Both the position numbers and the translations under genes were made by a program. Shown piece after piece: positions 37,592 through 51,629 of a DNA stretch of 64,000 nucleotides. Numbering within the stretch: position 1 is the stretch's first letter; each line of letters opens with the position of its first letter. The DNA is from Octopus sinensis (lineage: Eukaryota): contig NC_043013.1 of the NCBI RefSeq assembly GCF_006345805.1, forward strand, positions 22,196,001 through 22,260,000. Direction: 5' to 3'. The notes beneath the pieces are model-generated. The model was not told where the DNA came from, ran no database searches, and was given only the letters and a program-made list of their open reading frames with translations.

Positions 37592-37907
37592 GGGCGCGTG
37601 GCTTAGTGGTTAGGGCATTCGGCTCATGATCGTACGGTTGTGAGTTCGATTCCCGGCGACGCGTTGTGTCCTTGAGCAAGACACTTTATTTCACGTTGCT
37701 CCAGTCCACTCAGCTGGCAAAAATGAGTTGTACTTGTATTTCAAAGGGTCAGCCTTGTCACTCTCTGTGTCACGCTGATTATCCCCGAGAACTACGTTAA
37801 GGGTACACGTGTCTGTGGAATGCTCAGCCATTTGCACGTTAATTTCACGACAAGCTGTTCCGTTGATCGTATCAGCTGGGACCCTCGTCGTCGTAACCGG
37901 CGGAGTC
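37592..37907 (+). mobile_element. tRNA-derived SINE family D
   Basis: A box tggcttagtgg, B box gagttcgattcc, CORE-like gtgtccttgagcaagacactt; homologous to 43803-44110. Confidence 0.88.
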
Positions 37908-38180
37908 TTTTTTTTTTATGCATATGAATACACATAAACATGCATTCAGGTAAATATGTATATATGTATATACGCACTCATATATATATACATATATATA
38001 TGTGTGTGTGTGTGTGTTGTGTGTGTGGTGTGGTGTGTGTGTTGTGGATCCAACCCACAAAGGGATAATACTTATCATATATACTGTAGGTATAATGTCG
38101 TTTTGATAAATAAATAAGTCAACATTTTAATATCCTAAAGTTGATGAACCAACTAATGTGCTTCCCCATTTTCTTATTTG

Positions 38181-38216
<36 letters not shown>

Positions 38217-38230
38217 TAAATATATTCAGC

Positions 38231-39059
38231 GCCGGCCTATGGGGTTAGCCAGGGTTTCACGTCCATAAAGCGCTTAGTTTTACGGCTTTTCTTCAGATCC
38301 TGATGCCCGGTGGCCTATAACCTCTCTTCAAAGTGAAGGGAGGAAAGACCTCGTAGCTACTTATTGAATGCACAGACAAAGAAGGGCTAAGTGCAAGAGA
38401 CTGTCCCCTTTAGACCGCTGTCCGTAGTCGACGTGGTTGATTTGTGGGTTACAGGATTTCAGCAGGAATCCCCTGAAACGTAAGCAGGGTCCGAAGACTT
38501 CTGTCTTGGAATCTAAGATGTTCCTCGGGTTTCCAAGCAGCGCCCGTCCAACTACAGGTTGTCGTTCGGGATACTGGAGAGACGATATGTCATGTCCTTG
38601 GCCAGTCACGCGTGGCACCTGGAGGACGAAGGGACTCCACACGTAATCTCATGGACGATCCTAGAAGAACCAGACGCCTAAATCAGCGGGAGGAGAAAGC
38701 GTTGCAAGCTGTGCATACCTGAACGGGCGAGAATATTAAAGAACTCCCTGGACCCGAGAAACGTCTTAAATTCCAGAACGGAAGTCTTCGAACACTGCTT
38801 ACACTTCAGGAGGTTCCTGCTAAAGTCCTGGAACTCACAAGCTGACCATATCGACTACGGATACCAGTCTAAGGGTGACAATCCCTTGCGCTTAACCCTT
38901 CTCCTTTGTCCGTGCATTCAACAAATAGCTACGAGGTCTTTCCTTCCCTCCACTTTGAAGAAAGGTTGCAGGCCACCGGCCATTAGGGTCTGAAGAAACG
39001 CCGTAAAGCCAAGCGCTTTATGGAGGTGAACTCCAGGACAATCCCATAATAGACCGGCC
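38231..39059 (+). mobile_element. Old 5'-truncated PLE: GIY-YIG C-terminus between ~220-bp inverted pLTRs with decayed hammerheads
   Basis: Central frame SLASHAWHLEDE..ISWTIL..*..CKLC..LNSRTEVFEHCLH parallels the tail of the 33643 ORF; arms about 80% identical by eye; CTGAAGA..GAAA remnants at 38242-38300(-) and 38986-39045(+). Confidence 0.82.
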
Positions 39060-39163
39060 ATAAACATCTTTAATTATTCTACTACTCTATACTTTAGAGC
39101 GTGTTTCTCATTCGTATTTATGATTTACTGACTATACATACATACACACACACACACAACACC

Positions 39164-39224
<61 letters not shown>

Positions 39225-39445
39225 TCGCCATGTTGATTCGCTAGCCTCTGCACGCATTTTTTTCTCTCCTTCTTTCTGTGTTTTTTTTCTCTGTGTATCT
39301 TTCTGTTGAAGAGCGTAGGCTCGAACGTTAAAGACTTGTTTTATTTTATTTCCTGAGCGCCATACTAATACAATTGTTTGTTTGTATTCCACCTGCCTTC
39401 GTCTTTTGTTTATTTCCGTAAACCTGCCTTCGTCCTTTGTCTATT
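39225..39445 (+). mobile_element. Short pLTR-family fragment with CTGTTGA hammerhead variant at 39298-39334
   Basis: tcttt CTGTTGA A GAGC gtag GCTC GAA cgtt aaaga; flanked by (TA)n. Confidence 0.65.
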
Positions 39446-39465
39446 TCATAAAGCTTCCCGTTATA

Positions 39466-39561
<96 letters not shown>

Positions 39562-39588
39562 GCGCGTACATGCACGCATAATCAATAA

Positions 39589-40150
39589 TGAAAATTTATT
39601 ATATAATGTTCAGTATGAGAAGTTACTGTACATTGTTAATATTTCGTGTAGTTTCCTTCAGCTTGAATAATTGTTTCAATGCGCCTGGGAAGAGATGCAT
39701 ACAAATCCTTCACCATCTTCACGGGTATGAGATGCCAATCTCTGTGGCTGAGCTCCCACAGCTCTTCAAAATTGCGTGAATTCTTCTGACGAACTCTGCT
39801 CTTTAGTTCTGTCCACATTTGCTTGATGATATTTAAATCATGGCTAACACCTACATCAGCCAGATTCTATTGTGTTGCACGCGATCTGTGGAACGGAGCT
39901 CCATCAGGCTGAAAAATCTCACCTTCATCCAAGTCTGCTATCAAATTGTCCTTCAGCAACTGGATGGATTTGGCACTACTCAAGTTACCATCAATTTTAA
40001 CCAACTTTCTTGAACAATCGCTTTTTTATGTATCCCTAAAGCATCAGATTCTTACCGCCCCTCAAACTTCACTGCTTTCGACGTGTAACGTGGGTCGTTT
40101 CGCTTTCCTGGAGGCCTTCTGATTAATTCTCGCTTATTTGAAAGCGTGTT
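39589..40150 (-). mobile_element. Tc1 transposase 3' fragment, degenerate
   Basis: WTELKSRVRQKNSRNFEEL..W..I..LYASLPRRIETIIQAEGNYTKY* is a typical Tc1 C-terminus. Confidence 0.85.
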
Positions 40151-40582
40151 TCTTTAAGCAGAGTTATTGTTATTATTATTATTTTCTTTTATGCCGGGAG
40201 GAAATTGTATAAAATGTCTCTTCATTTTGAAACGATATATTGGATATTCTTTTAAGGATTTACAGAAGGCGAAAAATTTTGAATTGTTGTTAATTTCTAA
40301 ATTTTTGCATAAAGGGAGCTTAGCTGCGAATGACCTACTTGTTGCTAATGTATCCCTTTTTGTTCGCGATCATCTGGCCGCAATGCATGCAAAGCTGCGA
40401 GGCCACAGGATTGCTCCAGTTGGGCAACGTAGGCAGGACAGGAAAACCAGTGACACCAAATCTCCAACAACGATCACCATTCCCTGTCCACATAATCAGA
40501 GAAACTTTTGGGTGAAGTTTGGCCCTGATCAGTCACCAATTCACCAACAGAAGCCAACCCCAGTTCTGCACCTCGTCGCTCT

Positions 40583-40601
40583 GTGTATGTATGTATGTAT
40601 G

Positions 40602-40632
<31 letters not shown>

Positions 40633-41460
40633 TGTATGTATTTATGTATGTATGTATGTATGTATGTATGCATGCATGTGTGTATGTATGTATGTATGTA
40701 TGCATGCTTGTATGTATGTATGTATATATGTATTATGTATGTATGTATGTATGTATTATGTATGTAGGTATGTATGTATGTATTATGTATTATGTATGTA
40801 TGTGTGTATGTATGTATGTATGTATGTATGTATGTATTATGTATGTATGTATGTATGTATGTATGTATGTATGTATATATGTATGTATGTATGTATTATG
40901 TATGTATATATGTATTATGTATGTATGTATGTATTATGTATGTATTATGTATGTATGTATGTATGTATGCATGCATGTATGTATGTATGTATTATGTATG
41001 TATGTATGTATGTATTATGTATGTATGTATGTATTATGTATGTATATACGTAAGGTGTATGTATGTATGTATGTATGTATGTATGTATGTATGTATTATG
41101 TATGTATGTATGTATGTATTATGTATGTATTATGTATGTATGTATGTATGTATGTATTATGTATGCATTATGTATGTACGTATGTATGTATGTATTATGT
41201 ATGTATTATGTATGTACGTATGTATGTATGTATTATGTATGTATTATGTATGTATGTATGTATGTATTATGAATGTATGTATGTATGTATGTATGTATAT
41301 ACGTAAGGTGTACGTATGTATGTATGTATGTATGTATTATGTATGTATGTATGTATGTATGTATATACGTAAGGTGTATGTATGTATGTAGGTATGTATG
41401 TATGTATGCACGTCTGTATGTATGTATGTATGTGTGTATGTATGTATGTATGTATGTATT
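40583..41460. repeat. Long (TATG)n satellite with TAT interruptions
   Basis: Direct reading. Confidence 0.98.
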
Positions 41461-41828
41461 TACTTTTCCAAACGATTAAAACGAAGAGATATGATGATAA
41501 AAGAGTTTACAAAGCTGATTTATAAACTGTATTATCTGCCAATCGTTAGTCACAGTGAATATGATAACGACAGGTATTTCGATTAACCAAATATATATCA
41601 TAGGAACAATAAAGAAATCGATACCGAACATTCTTTTAATCTTTCCTGGTTGCTTGCTTTTGTTTCATTATGTATTTTATTGTGTGTGTGTTTTTTTTTG
41701 CTTTTTTTTTGCTTTTTGCCTCATATTTCCAATTCTGTTTTGTCGTCTGTTATCGTTGTTACGTCATCAACAGAATCACATTACGGTTGCCACGGCTCTT
41801 CTCTTCCGTTTTTGTTCTTGTTCTTGTT

Positions 41829-42300
<472 letters not shown>

Positions 42301-43229
42301 TAACTTATTCAGAATTCTTCCAAATATTTTCTTCGTATTCTGAAATGCGATTTCTTCCTCTTCTGAAATCCCCTCCTCCTCTTCTTCTTCCTCCTCTTCC
42401 TCCTCCTCCTCCTCCTCCTCCTCACTTCCGATGCGTATTTAATGTAAAGCAAAACGAAATGCTTCCTTGTCACCAGCCGCCAGTTTGTTTAGAGTTAAGG
42501 AGGAGGCCTGGTCTGAATCAAACCCAGGGGCCGTGTTGTTGGTGAATTACGGAGATTCTTCTAAGGAATTGAACCCAGTATGGCAGGCCAACAAAATAGG
42601 CATTAGTTCTCCGAAGTAGACACTGCTTACAAAAGTGAATTGTCTCTCCTGGAATTCTTCTTTAGACTTGGGTGTTGAGAAATGCCTTGCCAGAGGCGAT
42701 AGACAAACGGCAACGCAACCAGTTCAATGCGTTTGCTCGACTTGTTAGAAAATATAGCAAAATATCCTTCAAATCTTATGGTCTTAGGAAACGAAAGAAT
42801 GCATAAAATAAAGTAATGTTTCTATGTGTAGGTAGAGTGTTCAACTCACGACTGTGAGGTGGTGGGTTCGATTCTCACTCCAGGTGGCGCGTCGTTTACT
42901 TTAACAAGGCAGCTCATTTACCTTGCACCAGTCATCTCAGCTGAAAGCGTGAATCATCACCAATTTGGACCTGGGGATCTCCATTTCCAGCGACTTCGAG
43001 GGCCACCTCCCAGTGGTGTCGGGCGTCAACGAAGAGCCCTTGACTACAACAAGACGACCAAAGTTTTTTTTTCCAAGGTCTGGGGTCTCCCGCCCCTAAG
43101 CCCTAGACCATCATCTAATCACCCTTACCCGTCTTGTTGCTTAACAACAGCAACAACAGTAGCAACATAGAGGGATTGCTTAACCCTTGCGACGGACTGG
43201 CATTTGGATTATAGGGAACTCTTGAACTG

Positions 43230-43620
43230 GGATTAAACCCCACAAGCCGCTAGTTCTCCTGTCGTAGAACATTGGCAAACTTTTCCTTCAGCTTTTTCAC
43301 TGACTAAATATACCAGTCTCCTGACTTCCCTTCTAACTACCCGATAAAGTCCTCTGCCACCACCACTCTTCCCGTCCTTACAGGCCTATTTCTTTACTCT
43401 AATGGCCTTCTTAACAACACTGTTCCATCACCATGTCACCCTGGGTCTGGTTGGGAATTTGCACCAGCTATAAATTTAGTCGGTAGCTCTCAGTAAGTGA
43501 CCTCTGTGTTACACGTCTGTAACTCTTTGCCAAATGCTTCAGTTAGGAAGTCTCAAAGGATCCTTAAACTTTCAAATCTTTCTTTTCGAAACTGGTCTGA
43601 TTCTTGGAATCCTTCTAATC
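43230..43620 (-). mobile_element. Degenerate LINE (RTE-like) EN-RT linker fragment
   Basis: Minus strand WNSVVKKAIRVKK*ACKDGKSGGGRGLYRVVRREVRRLV resembles the WWNEEV..KK.A.K.W...Y..ARRE.KR.V linker. Confidence 0.55.
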
Positions 43621-43802
43621 TGAAGTCTGAAGTCACTAATGACTAATCATATTGAGGGCTACGTTCTTCGATCAGGAAAATCCTTGCATTTCTCAGCAAC
43701 AATTATTCCCTCTTTCTGATGAGAATGTATTCAATCTGTCTTGTGCGGTCACCAGATTGATAGGTTATCAGGTGAGCGGCTGGTTTCTTGAAGGTGGTGT
43801 TG

Positions 43803-44110
43803 GGAGATCATTAGGCTTAGTGGTTAATGCATTCGGCTCACGATCGCAAGGTCGTGAGTTCGATTCCCGGGCGCGTTGTGTCCTTGAGCAAGACACTTTA
43901 TTTCAAGTTGCTCTTTTCAACCCACCTGGCAAAAATGAGTTGTACCGGTAATTTCCAAGGGCCAGCTTTGTCACAGTCTGTGTCATGCTGAATCTCACTT
44001 AGAACTACGTTTGGGTACGCGTGCCTGTGGAGTACTCAGCCATTTGCACTTTAATTTCACGAGCAGGCTGTTCCGTTGATCTGGAACATTCGTCGTCGTA
44101 ACCGACGGAA
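43803..44110 (+). mobile_element. SINE family D copy
   Basis: Homologous to 37592-37907. Confidence 0.85.
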
Positions 44111-46142
44111 TATCAGTTATTTTGTCAAGTACCAAAACTTTCCAGCCTGATCATCGCTACTTCATTCCACTACATCAGCTTCTAGTAGCAAGAGTACCAC
44201 CAGTCAAACTAATCTGTTCCTATAGCCATTAATGTGTAATCGGATCAGCACCAAAGACTTCATCTTCATAAAGCGCGTCTCGATATAAATCAGTCTAGCA
44301 CAGATTATTCCTTTCAAGCTATTCGCTATATTCGGAAATTCTTGAGAGAAAAACAAAGACAGGTCAGTTGAGAATTAAACAAATGTCATTCAACACTTGT
44401 TGTTGCTGTTCACGTTACTGCTGCTGCTGCTATTTTAGACCCTGTAAATACTTGAGTAAGCCAACCATAACCATCTTCTCTTTTCATAAATCAAAGTTTA
44501 TGTTGCTCAATGTGGACTTCTTTATTTAGCATAGTTTGTGTGATTTGACAGAAATTTTGCTGCTATTTCTAGCAGGCTGAAAGGCCACGTACAGCATCCT
44601 TCAATATTATGAATTTATGATAAAATATTTGTTATGAAGGAAAAGAACCAAAATAAATTGAATATTTAGTTTTGGTGTATTTTAAAAGAGCCAAATTACT
44701 CTATGATGTTCTCAGTCTTATTGTTATTCTATAGATTTTCTCAAGAAACAACATGGCCAGCACTGTTGTATTTTCAGCCCAAACAGCCGACTTGGCGTCT
44801 CCAACAGAAATCAGTCAATGGATTAAGGAATCAATCAGTCGATTAAACAATATTAATAAACTGTGTTTAAAATATGTTGGTTTGTCATAAAGGGGAAAAG
44901 AATATCCAAGTTTTGGCCAAGAATGAGGAATGTTTTAAACACGAAAAGGCTGATCCTTTTCGATTCCATTGGTTGAGAGAAATTTGTGTTGCTTTTCGTT
45001 TTTCCATTGCAAAAAAACCATCGAAATCCTTCGCTCCACACCCTTCTGCTAGAGAGGATGCTGGTCTCATAGATGATTTTTTCTCTCTGCTTCAGGAACT
45101 GAACCCGCCACTTTTAGCCAAAACTTAGAATTTGTCAATACCACCACAGTGTTGAACTACGGTTCTTACAGTAAATTTTGGTCCTCACTAAATGACCGAG
45201 GACTTAGCCAGAGATTAGTGGTCTGCACTGCTGGGAACGGGCAGTTGTGTGTGTGTGTGTGTGTGTTTGACAGGAGGATAGAACGTAAGGTGAGAGGGTA
45301 TATGGTAGATTGGTTGGTGAGAGGATACATTGTAGATGAGGTGGCAGGACATGATGTAGATTGCAGGGATGGTGACTGTGAGGATATCATCACATAGTGA
45401 TGAGACAAAACAGGATGCAATGAAGTGCTAATAGGGAGCGAATACGTTGTAGAGGTTATGAGCAAAGAACACACAGCGAAGGTAGCGGTGGCGGCGGTGG
45501 TGGTGGTGGTGGCAGAATACCATCCACTGACTCTTTGGCTGCTGCTCCCCCCCCTACCCCTTTTCCCTATTGATTTGTCTATCTGCAATCTCTAGAATAT
45601 AAGATAAATGGTCTATAAATATATAAAAATGTTACAAGACGAAAGAAACAAAAGCAGATTTCAAAGGGAAAAAGGTTGAGATAAGAAAGAAGCGAAGGAG
45701 AAACTATCAAGAAGAATTCTTCAGAGTTTTCCGTCGGTTTGTATTGTTTTTTTTATTTTATTATATTTTATTTTTCTTTAATGCTATTTTTTTTTTTGTT
45801 AATGTTTAATTTTGTTCAAACATAAAAATAAAAATCAGATAAAAATGGAAAGGAATAGTTTGGGTATATTGGAGGTGGGTAGGGGGTGGTTGGTTGGAAG
45901 TAAGAATTAAATGTTAGATATTTAGTTTGGTGAGAAGGCTGGTTGCCAACTTTTGGAAGAGGAACAGTCTTTTTTTTGTAATAAGTGTAAGATAACATTA
46001 AGCAGCCAGACGAGGAGATTGCATTTAATTTAGAGCCGTTTTCGTTTTCATAGTCTTTTATTTATTCGGTCTTCAAAAGAACAGACCAGAAATCGAGTGA
46101 GCTGACTGTGTGCAGCATCCGAGAGCAATTGTGTGTGTGTGT

Positions 46143-46205
<63 letters not shown>

Positions 46206-46370
46206 CGTGTGCGTGCGTGTGTGTGTGGTTGCGAATGTTTGCGCCATGTTGACCAGCTCAGCCTTCAGCCACCCGCAGATACCATTTATGATTCCGGTGT
46301 TATATGATGTTTATCACATATATTTTGTACGGAATATCTACTGTTTTTGTCATTATTATTATTATTATTA

Positions 46371-46407
<37 letters not shown>

Positions 46408-46669
46408 GAGTGAGGAGAGCAGTTCATGTCATCAAAGTGACACTGGAGTACAATATACGAAAGCCCAATATACCCATCATGACTACTCGTCTGATAAGGG
46501 TACACCAGGCCATGCATCACAACCATATGTGCGCGACATGGTGATCTCATATCAAGATAAACAGAAATGACCTTGCAGGGGCCAGTTAGAATTTTCTTTC
46601 AGGTCGAGTAGCCCATCCCTTTCAAAACGGTCCTGAATAAGGGTTGTTTTAAGGATGTTGAAAGACCAC

Positions 46670-46749
46670 CCTATTATTATAACTATTATTATTATTATTA
46701 TTATATATATTATTATTATTATTATTATTATCATTATTATTATTATTAC

Positions 46750-46798
<49 letters not shown>

Positions 46799-47013
46799 AC
46801 TATTACTATTATTATTATTATTATTATTATTACTATTACTATTATTATTATTATTATTATTTTATTATTACTATTACTATTATTATCATTATTATATTAT
46901 TATTTATTATTATTACTATTACTATTATTATATTATTATTACTACTATTATTATTATTATTATTATTATTATTCACAATTATTATATTATTATTTATTAT
47001 TATTATTATTATT

Positions 47014-47046
<33 letters not shown>

Positions 47047-47066
47047 CTATTATTATTTTATTACTA

Positions 47067-47099
<33 letters not shown>

Positions 47100-47150
47100 T
47101 ATTATTATTATTTTATTATTATATTATTATTAATATTATTATCATTATTA
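46670..47150. repeat. Degenerate (ATT)n tract
   Basis: Direct reading. Confidence 0.95.
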
Positions 47151-48185
47151 TTTCTATTTCGTTTGTGTCTGATAGATAAGATATTGCTCTGAAAGCCTTT
47201 ATTTTCTTTTAAATATTTAACTTGAGCACTTCAAAAATATATTTGTTTCTATTTGTATAAATTAACATCTGTCCAAGATAGGGGCGTGCTTCTGCGTAAT
47301 CTTATAAATGCATCGTACTTTGTAGTTTTATTAATTAATTATTAAACAAATTGAAAAGTTACATGCATGGGCAACTACCCAGATCGAATCTTTTGAAAAA
47401 GTATTGCCCAAGCCTGCTCATACGCGTGCAGCTGCACCGTCTACATTGCTACGCAAAAAAGAATCCTAATGCACAACCGTGAAAGCGGTTTTTTTAAATC
47501 AATTTCAATCAGCTTGTGCAGCGCCCGTTTCCGATCTTTTTGTAAAGGATTTTGCAGTGTGGTACAAATATGGAACAACTGAAGAACTACATGACGAATG
47601 GTCAGCGTTAATTCTTCTGTAAGCTCTTTAATGGTCTACACAGATCCACTTCAATAATAGCTCCCAAGTGCACAATTGGTCGTCTACAACCACCCAGCCC
47701 ATTAAGGTTTTTGTCTACAACACAAAATTTTTGGAGCCAGTGTTTTGCTGTACTTTCGTTTATTGTCTATCGCCAAACCGTTTGGTTGATACTGAGAGCA
47801 ATTTGTATGTATGTATGTATGTATGTATGTATGTATGTATGTATGTATGTACGTATGTATGTATGTATGTGCGACCCCAGTTTGCAACTGGTACTTAATT
47901 TATCGACTCCGAAAAGATGAAAGGCAAAGTCGACCTCGGTGGAATTTGAACTCAGAACACAAAGACAGACTAAATACCACTAAGCATTTCGCCCGGCGTT
48001 CTAACGTTTCTGCCAGCTGATTTCCAGGTATCGATTTATTTCAGTGATGCTGCATTCAAAGTGAATGGCATTGCAATTGAAGAAAAGACTTTGATAAAAG
48101 ATGGACAAAAATTGTGTGGATATGGCTATGCTGTTTGGGAAGCCCTGTTTAATATCAGAATTTCAGTTATTCCTAGCAACACATT

Positions 48186-48229
<44 letters not shown>

Positions 48230-48857
48230 GGTGTGTGTGTGTGTGTGTGTGTATTTGTGTGTGTGTGTGTGTGTGTGTTTGTATGTGTGTTTGTTTGTAT
48301 GTGTGCGTGTGTGTGTCTTTGGGTCAAGTTCTAAGCCACTACTTTGTATCGAAGTACCTGAAATTTTGCATAAGGGGATCTTTAAGGGGTGTCTTTAAGG
48401 CTAAGACCAAAATCTTATCTGATTTCTGATACGTTCTATAGACCTGGGTAACGCCGGGTACTGCTTCTAGTTTTCAGGCGGCGAACTGGCAGAATCGTTA
48501 ATACGCCGGATAAAGTGCTTAGCAGCATTTCGTCCGTCCTTGCGTTCTGAGTTCAAATTTCACTGAGGTCGACTTCAGCGTCAATAAAATTAGTACCACT
48601 TGAATTCTGGGATCGATAATCGACTTAGCCCCTCCCGCGAAATTGCTGGCCTTGAGCAAAATTTGAAATCAATATCTCTACTTATCGCTTAAGCTCTTAT
48701 CTGAAAGTCATTGAAGAAAGTGGTTTTGCGTTGTTGTTTTTTAAGTAAGCATCATTAATTAATAATAAGTTCATCAGAGCATAAAACTTGATTGTTTGTT
48801 ACTAGAAGGAATTTGACAAAAGTTGATGATTACAATGCAGATAGAAGACAAATGTGC

Positions 48858-48912
<55 letters not shown>

Positions 48913-49731
48913 ATGGTGGTGGTGGTGGTGGTAGTTTTACCTTTTATTAATTGAATGTGTTTGTGGGATTTACAAATCTAATCAATTATGAGGTCCTCCT
49001 CATTGTTATGAATGTCGTTGCTGTCGTTGTCATCATCATCATCATCATCATCATCATCAACAACATCATCGAAGTGTTTGGGTTGCTGCTGTGACTACTA
49101 CTGCTACTGCTGCTACTGCTGCTGCTGCTGCTGGCAGTTACTGGTAACAATGGCGAAGACGATGATGATGATCATGATAATGATGATGGTGGTGGTGGTG
49201 GTAGTGGTAAGGCCCTCCTCTCCAATAATGACGCAGAGAATATATATACTCTATTATTTCCTGTCAGACATTCAAACAGAAACGATTCCATTTTGCAGTT
49301 TAAAGACTTTCAACGCTTCAAAATGTCCGAACTTTTGCATAAGTTGTCAACCATTTTTGGTAAGCTAAATATACTTATATCTCTCTTCAGACATTTCCAT
49401 TTCTCTGTGAAGTTAAATTCAATGATTTTCGTTTTGTTTTCAATGCGTTGCATATAATATGATTTTGTAAAAAGGATAAAATTTTAAATATAAAAGATTA
49501 CAAGCGTAATTACGAGGCAAGTATACCGTGTGATAGTTGGCTTATATAAATATGTTTCATACTTAAAAGGTGAGGATCAGATTAACCATGACGTGAAAAT
49601 NNNNNNNNNNNNNNNNNNNNNNNNNNNNNNNNNNNNNNNNNNNNNNNNNNNNNNNNNNNNNNNNNNNNNNNNNNNNNNNNNNNNNNNNNNNNNNNNNNNN
49701 ATTATTATTACTATTATTATTATTATTACTA

Positions 49732-49827
<96 letters not shown>

Positions 49828-50875
49828 ATTATTATCATTATTATTTCTATTTCGTTTGTGTCTGATAGATAAGATTGCTCTGAAAGCCTTTATTTTCTTT
49901 TAATATTTAACTTGAGCACTCACTCAAAATATATTTGTTTCTATTTGTATAAATTAACATCTGTCCAAGACAGGGGCGTGCTTATGCGTAATCTTATAAA
50001 TGCATCGTACTTTGTAGTTTTATTAATTAATTATTAAACAATTGAAAAGTTGCATCATGGGCAACTACCCCCCGATCGAATCTTTTGAAAAAGTATTGCC
50101 CAAGCCTGCTCATACGCGTGCAGCTGCACCGTCTACTTTGCTACGCAAAAAGAATCCTAATGCACAACCGTGAAAGCGGTTTTTTTAAATCAATTTCAAT
50201 CAGCTTGTGCAGGCGCCCGTTTCCGATCTTTTTGTAAAAGATTTTGCAGTGTGGTACAAATATGGAACAACTGAAGAACTACATGACGAATGGTCAGCGT
50301 TAATTCTTCTGTAAGCTCTTTAATGGTCTACACAGATCCACTTCAATAATAGCTCCCAAGTGCACAATTGGTCGTCTACAACCACCCAGCCCATTAAGGC
50401 TTTTGTCTACAACAAAATTTTTGGAGCCAGTGTTTTGCTGTACTTTCGTTTATTGTCTATCGCCAAACCGTTTGGTTGATACTGAGAGCAATTTGTATGT
50501 ATGTATGTATGTATGTATGTATGTATGTATGTATGTATGTACGTATGTATGTATGTATGTGCGACCCCAGTTTGCAACTGGTACTTAATTTATCGACTCC
50601 GAAAAGATGAAAGGCAAAGTCGACCTCGGTGGAATTTGAACTCAGAACACAAAGACAGACTAAATACCACTAAGCATTTCGCCCGGCGTTCTAACGTTTC
50701 TGCCAGCTGATTTCCAGGTATCGATTTATTTCAGTGATGCTGCATTCAAAGTGGATGGCATTGCAATTGAAGAAAAGACTTTGATAAAAGATGGACAAAA
50801 ATTGTGTGGATATGGCTATGCTGTTTGGGAAGCCCTGTTTAATATCAGAATTTCAGTTATTCCTAGCAACACATT

Positions 50876-50945
<70 letters not shown>

Positions 50946-51562
50946 TGTGTGTGTGTGTGTGTGTTTGTATGTGTGTTTGTTTGTATGTGTGCGTGTGTGT
51001 GTCTTTGGGTCAAGTTCTAAGCCACTACTTTGTATCGAAGTACCTGAAATTTTGCATAAGGGGATCTTTAAAGGGTGTCTTTAAGGCTAAGACCAAAATC
51101 TTATCTGATTTCTGATACGTTCTATAGACCTGGGTAACGCCGGGTACTGCTTCTAGTTTTCAGTATATCTACTTAACGTGAGGCGGCGAACTGGCAGAAT
51201 CGTTAATACGCCGGATAAAGTGCTTAGCAGCATTTCGTCCGTCCTTGCGTTCTGAGTTCAAATTTCACTGAGGTCGACTTCAGCGTCAATAAAATTAGTA
51301 CCACTTGAATTCTGGAATCGATAATCGACTTAGCCCCTCCCGCGAAATTGCTGGCCTTGAGCAAAATTTGAAATCAATATCTCTACTTATCGCTTAAGCT
51401 CTTATCTGAAAGTCATTGAAGAAAGTGGTTTTGCGTTGTTGTTTTTTAAGTAAGTATCATTAATTAATAATAAGTTCATCAGAGCATAAAACTTGATTGT
51501 TTGTTACTAGAAGGAATTTGACAAAAGTTGATGATTACAATGCAGATAGAAGACAAATGTGC

Positions 51563-51629
<67 letters not shown>

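Noticed and set aside
40330-40582. Complex sequence next to the Tc1 fragment as a coding exon
   Set aside because: No recognisable domain in any frame; likely an unclassified repeat remnant.
40167-41479. Long ORFs (379, 205 and 156 aa) rich in MYVC
   Set aside because: Translations of the (TATG)n satellite, which has no stops in these frames.
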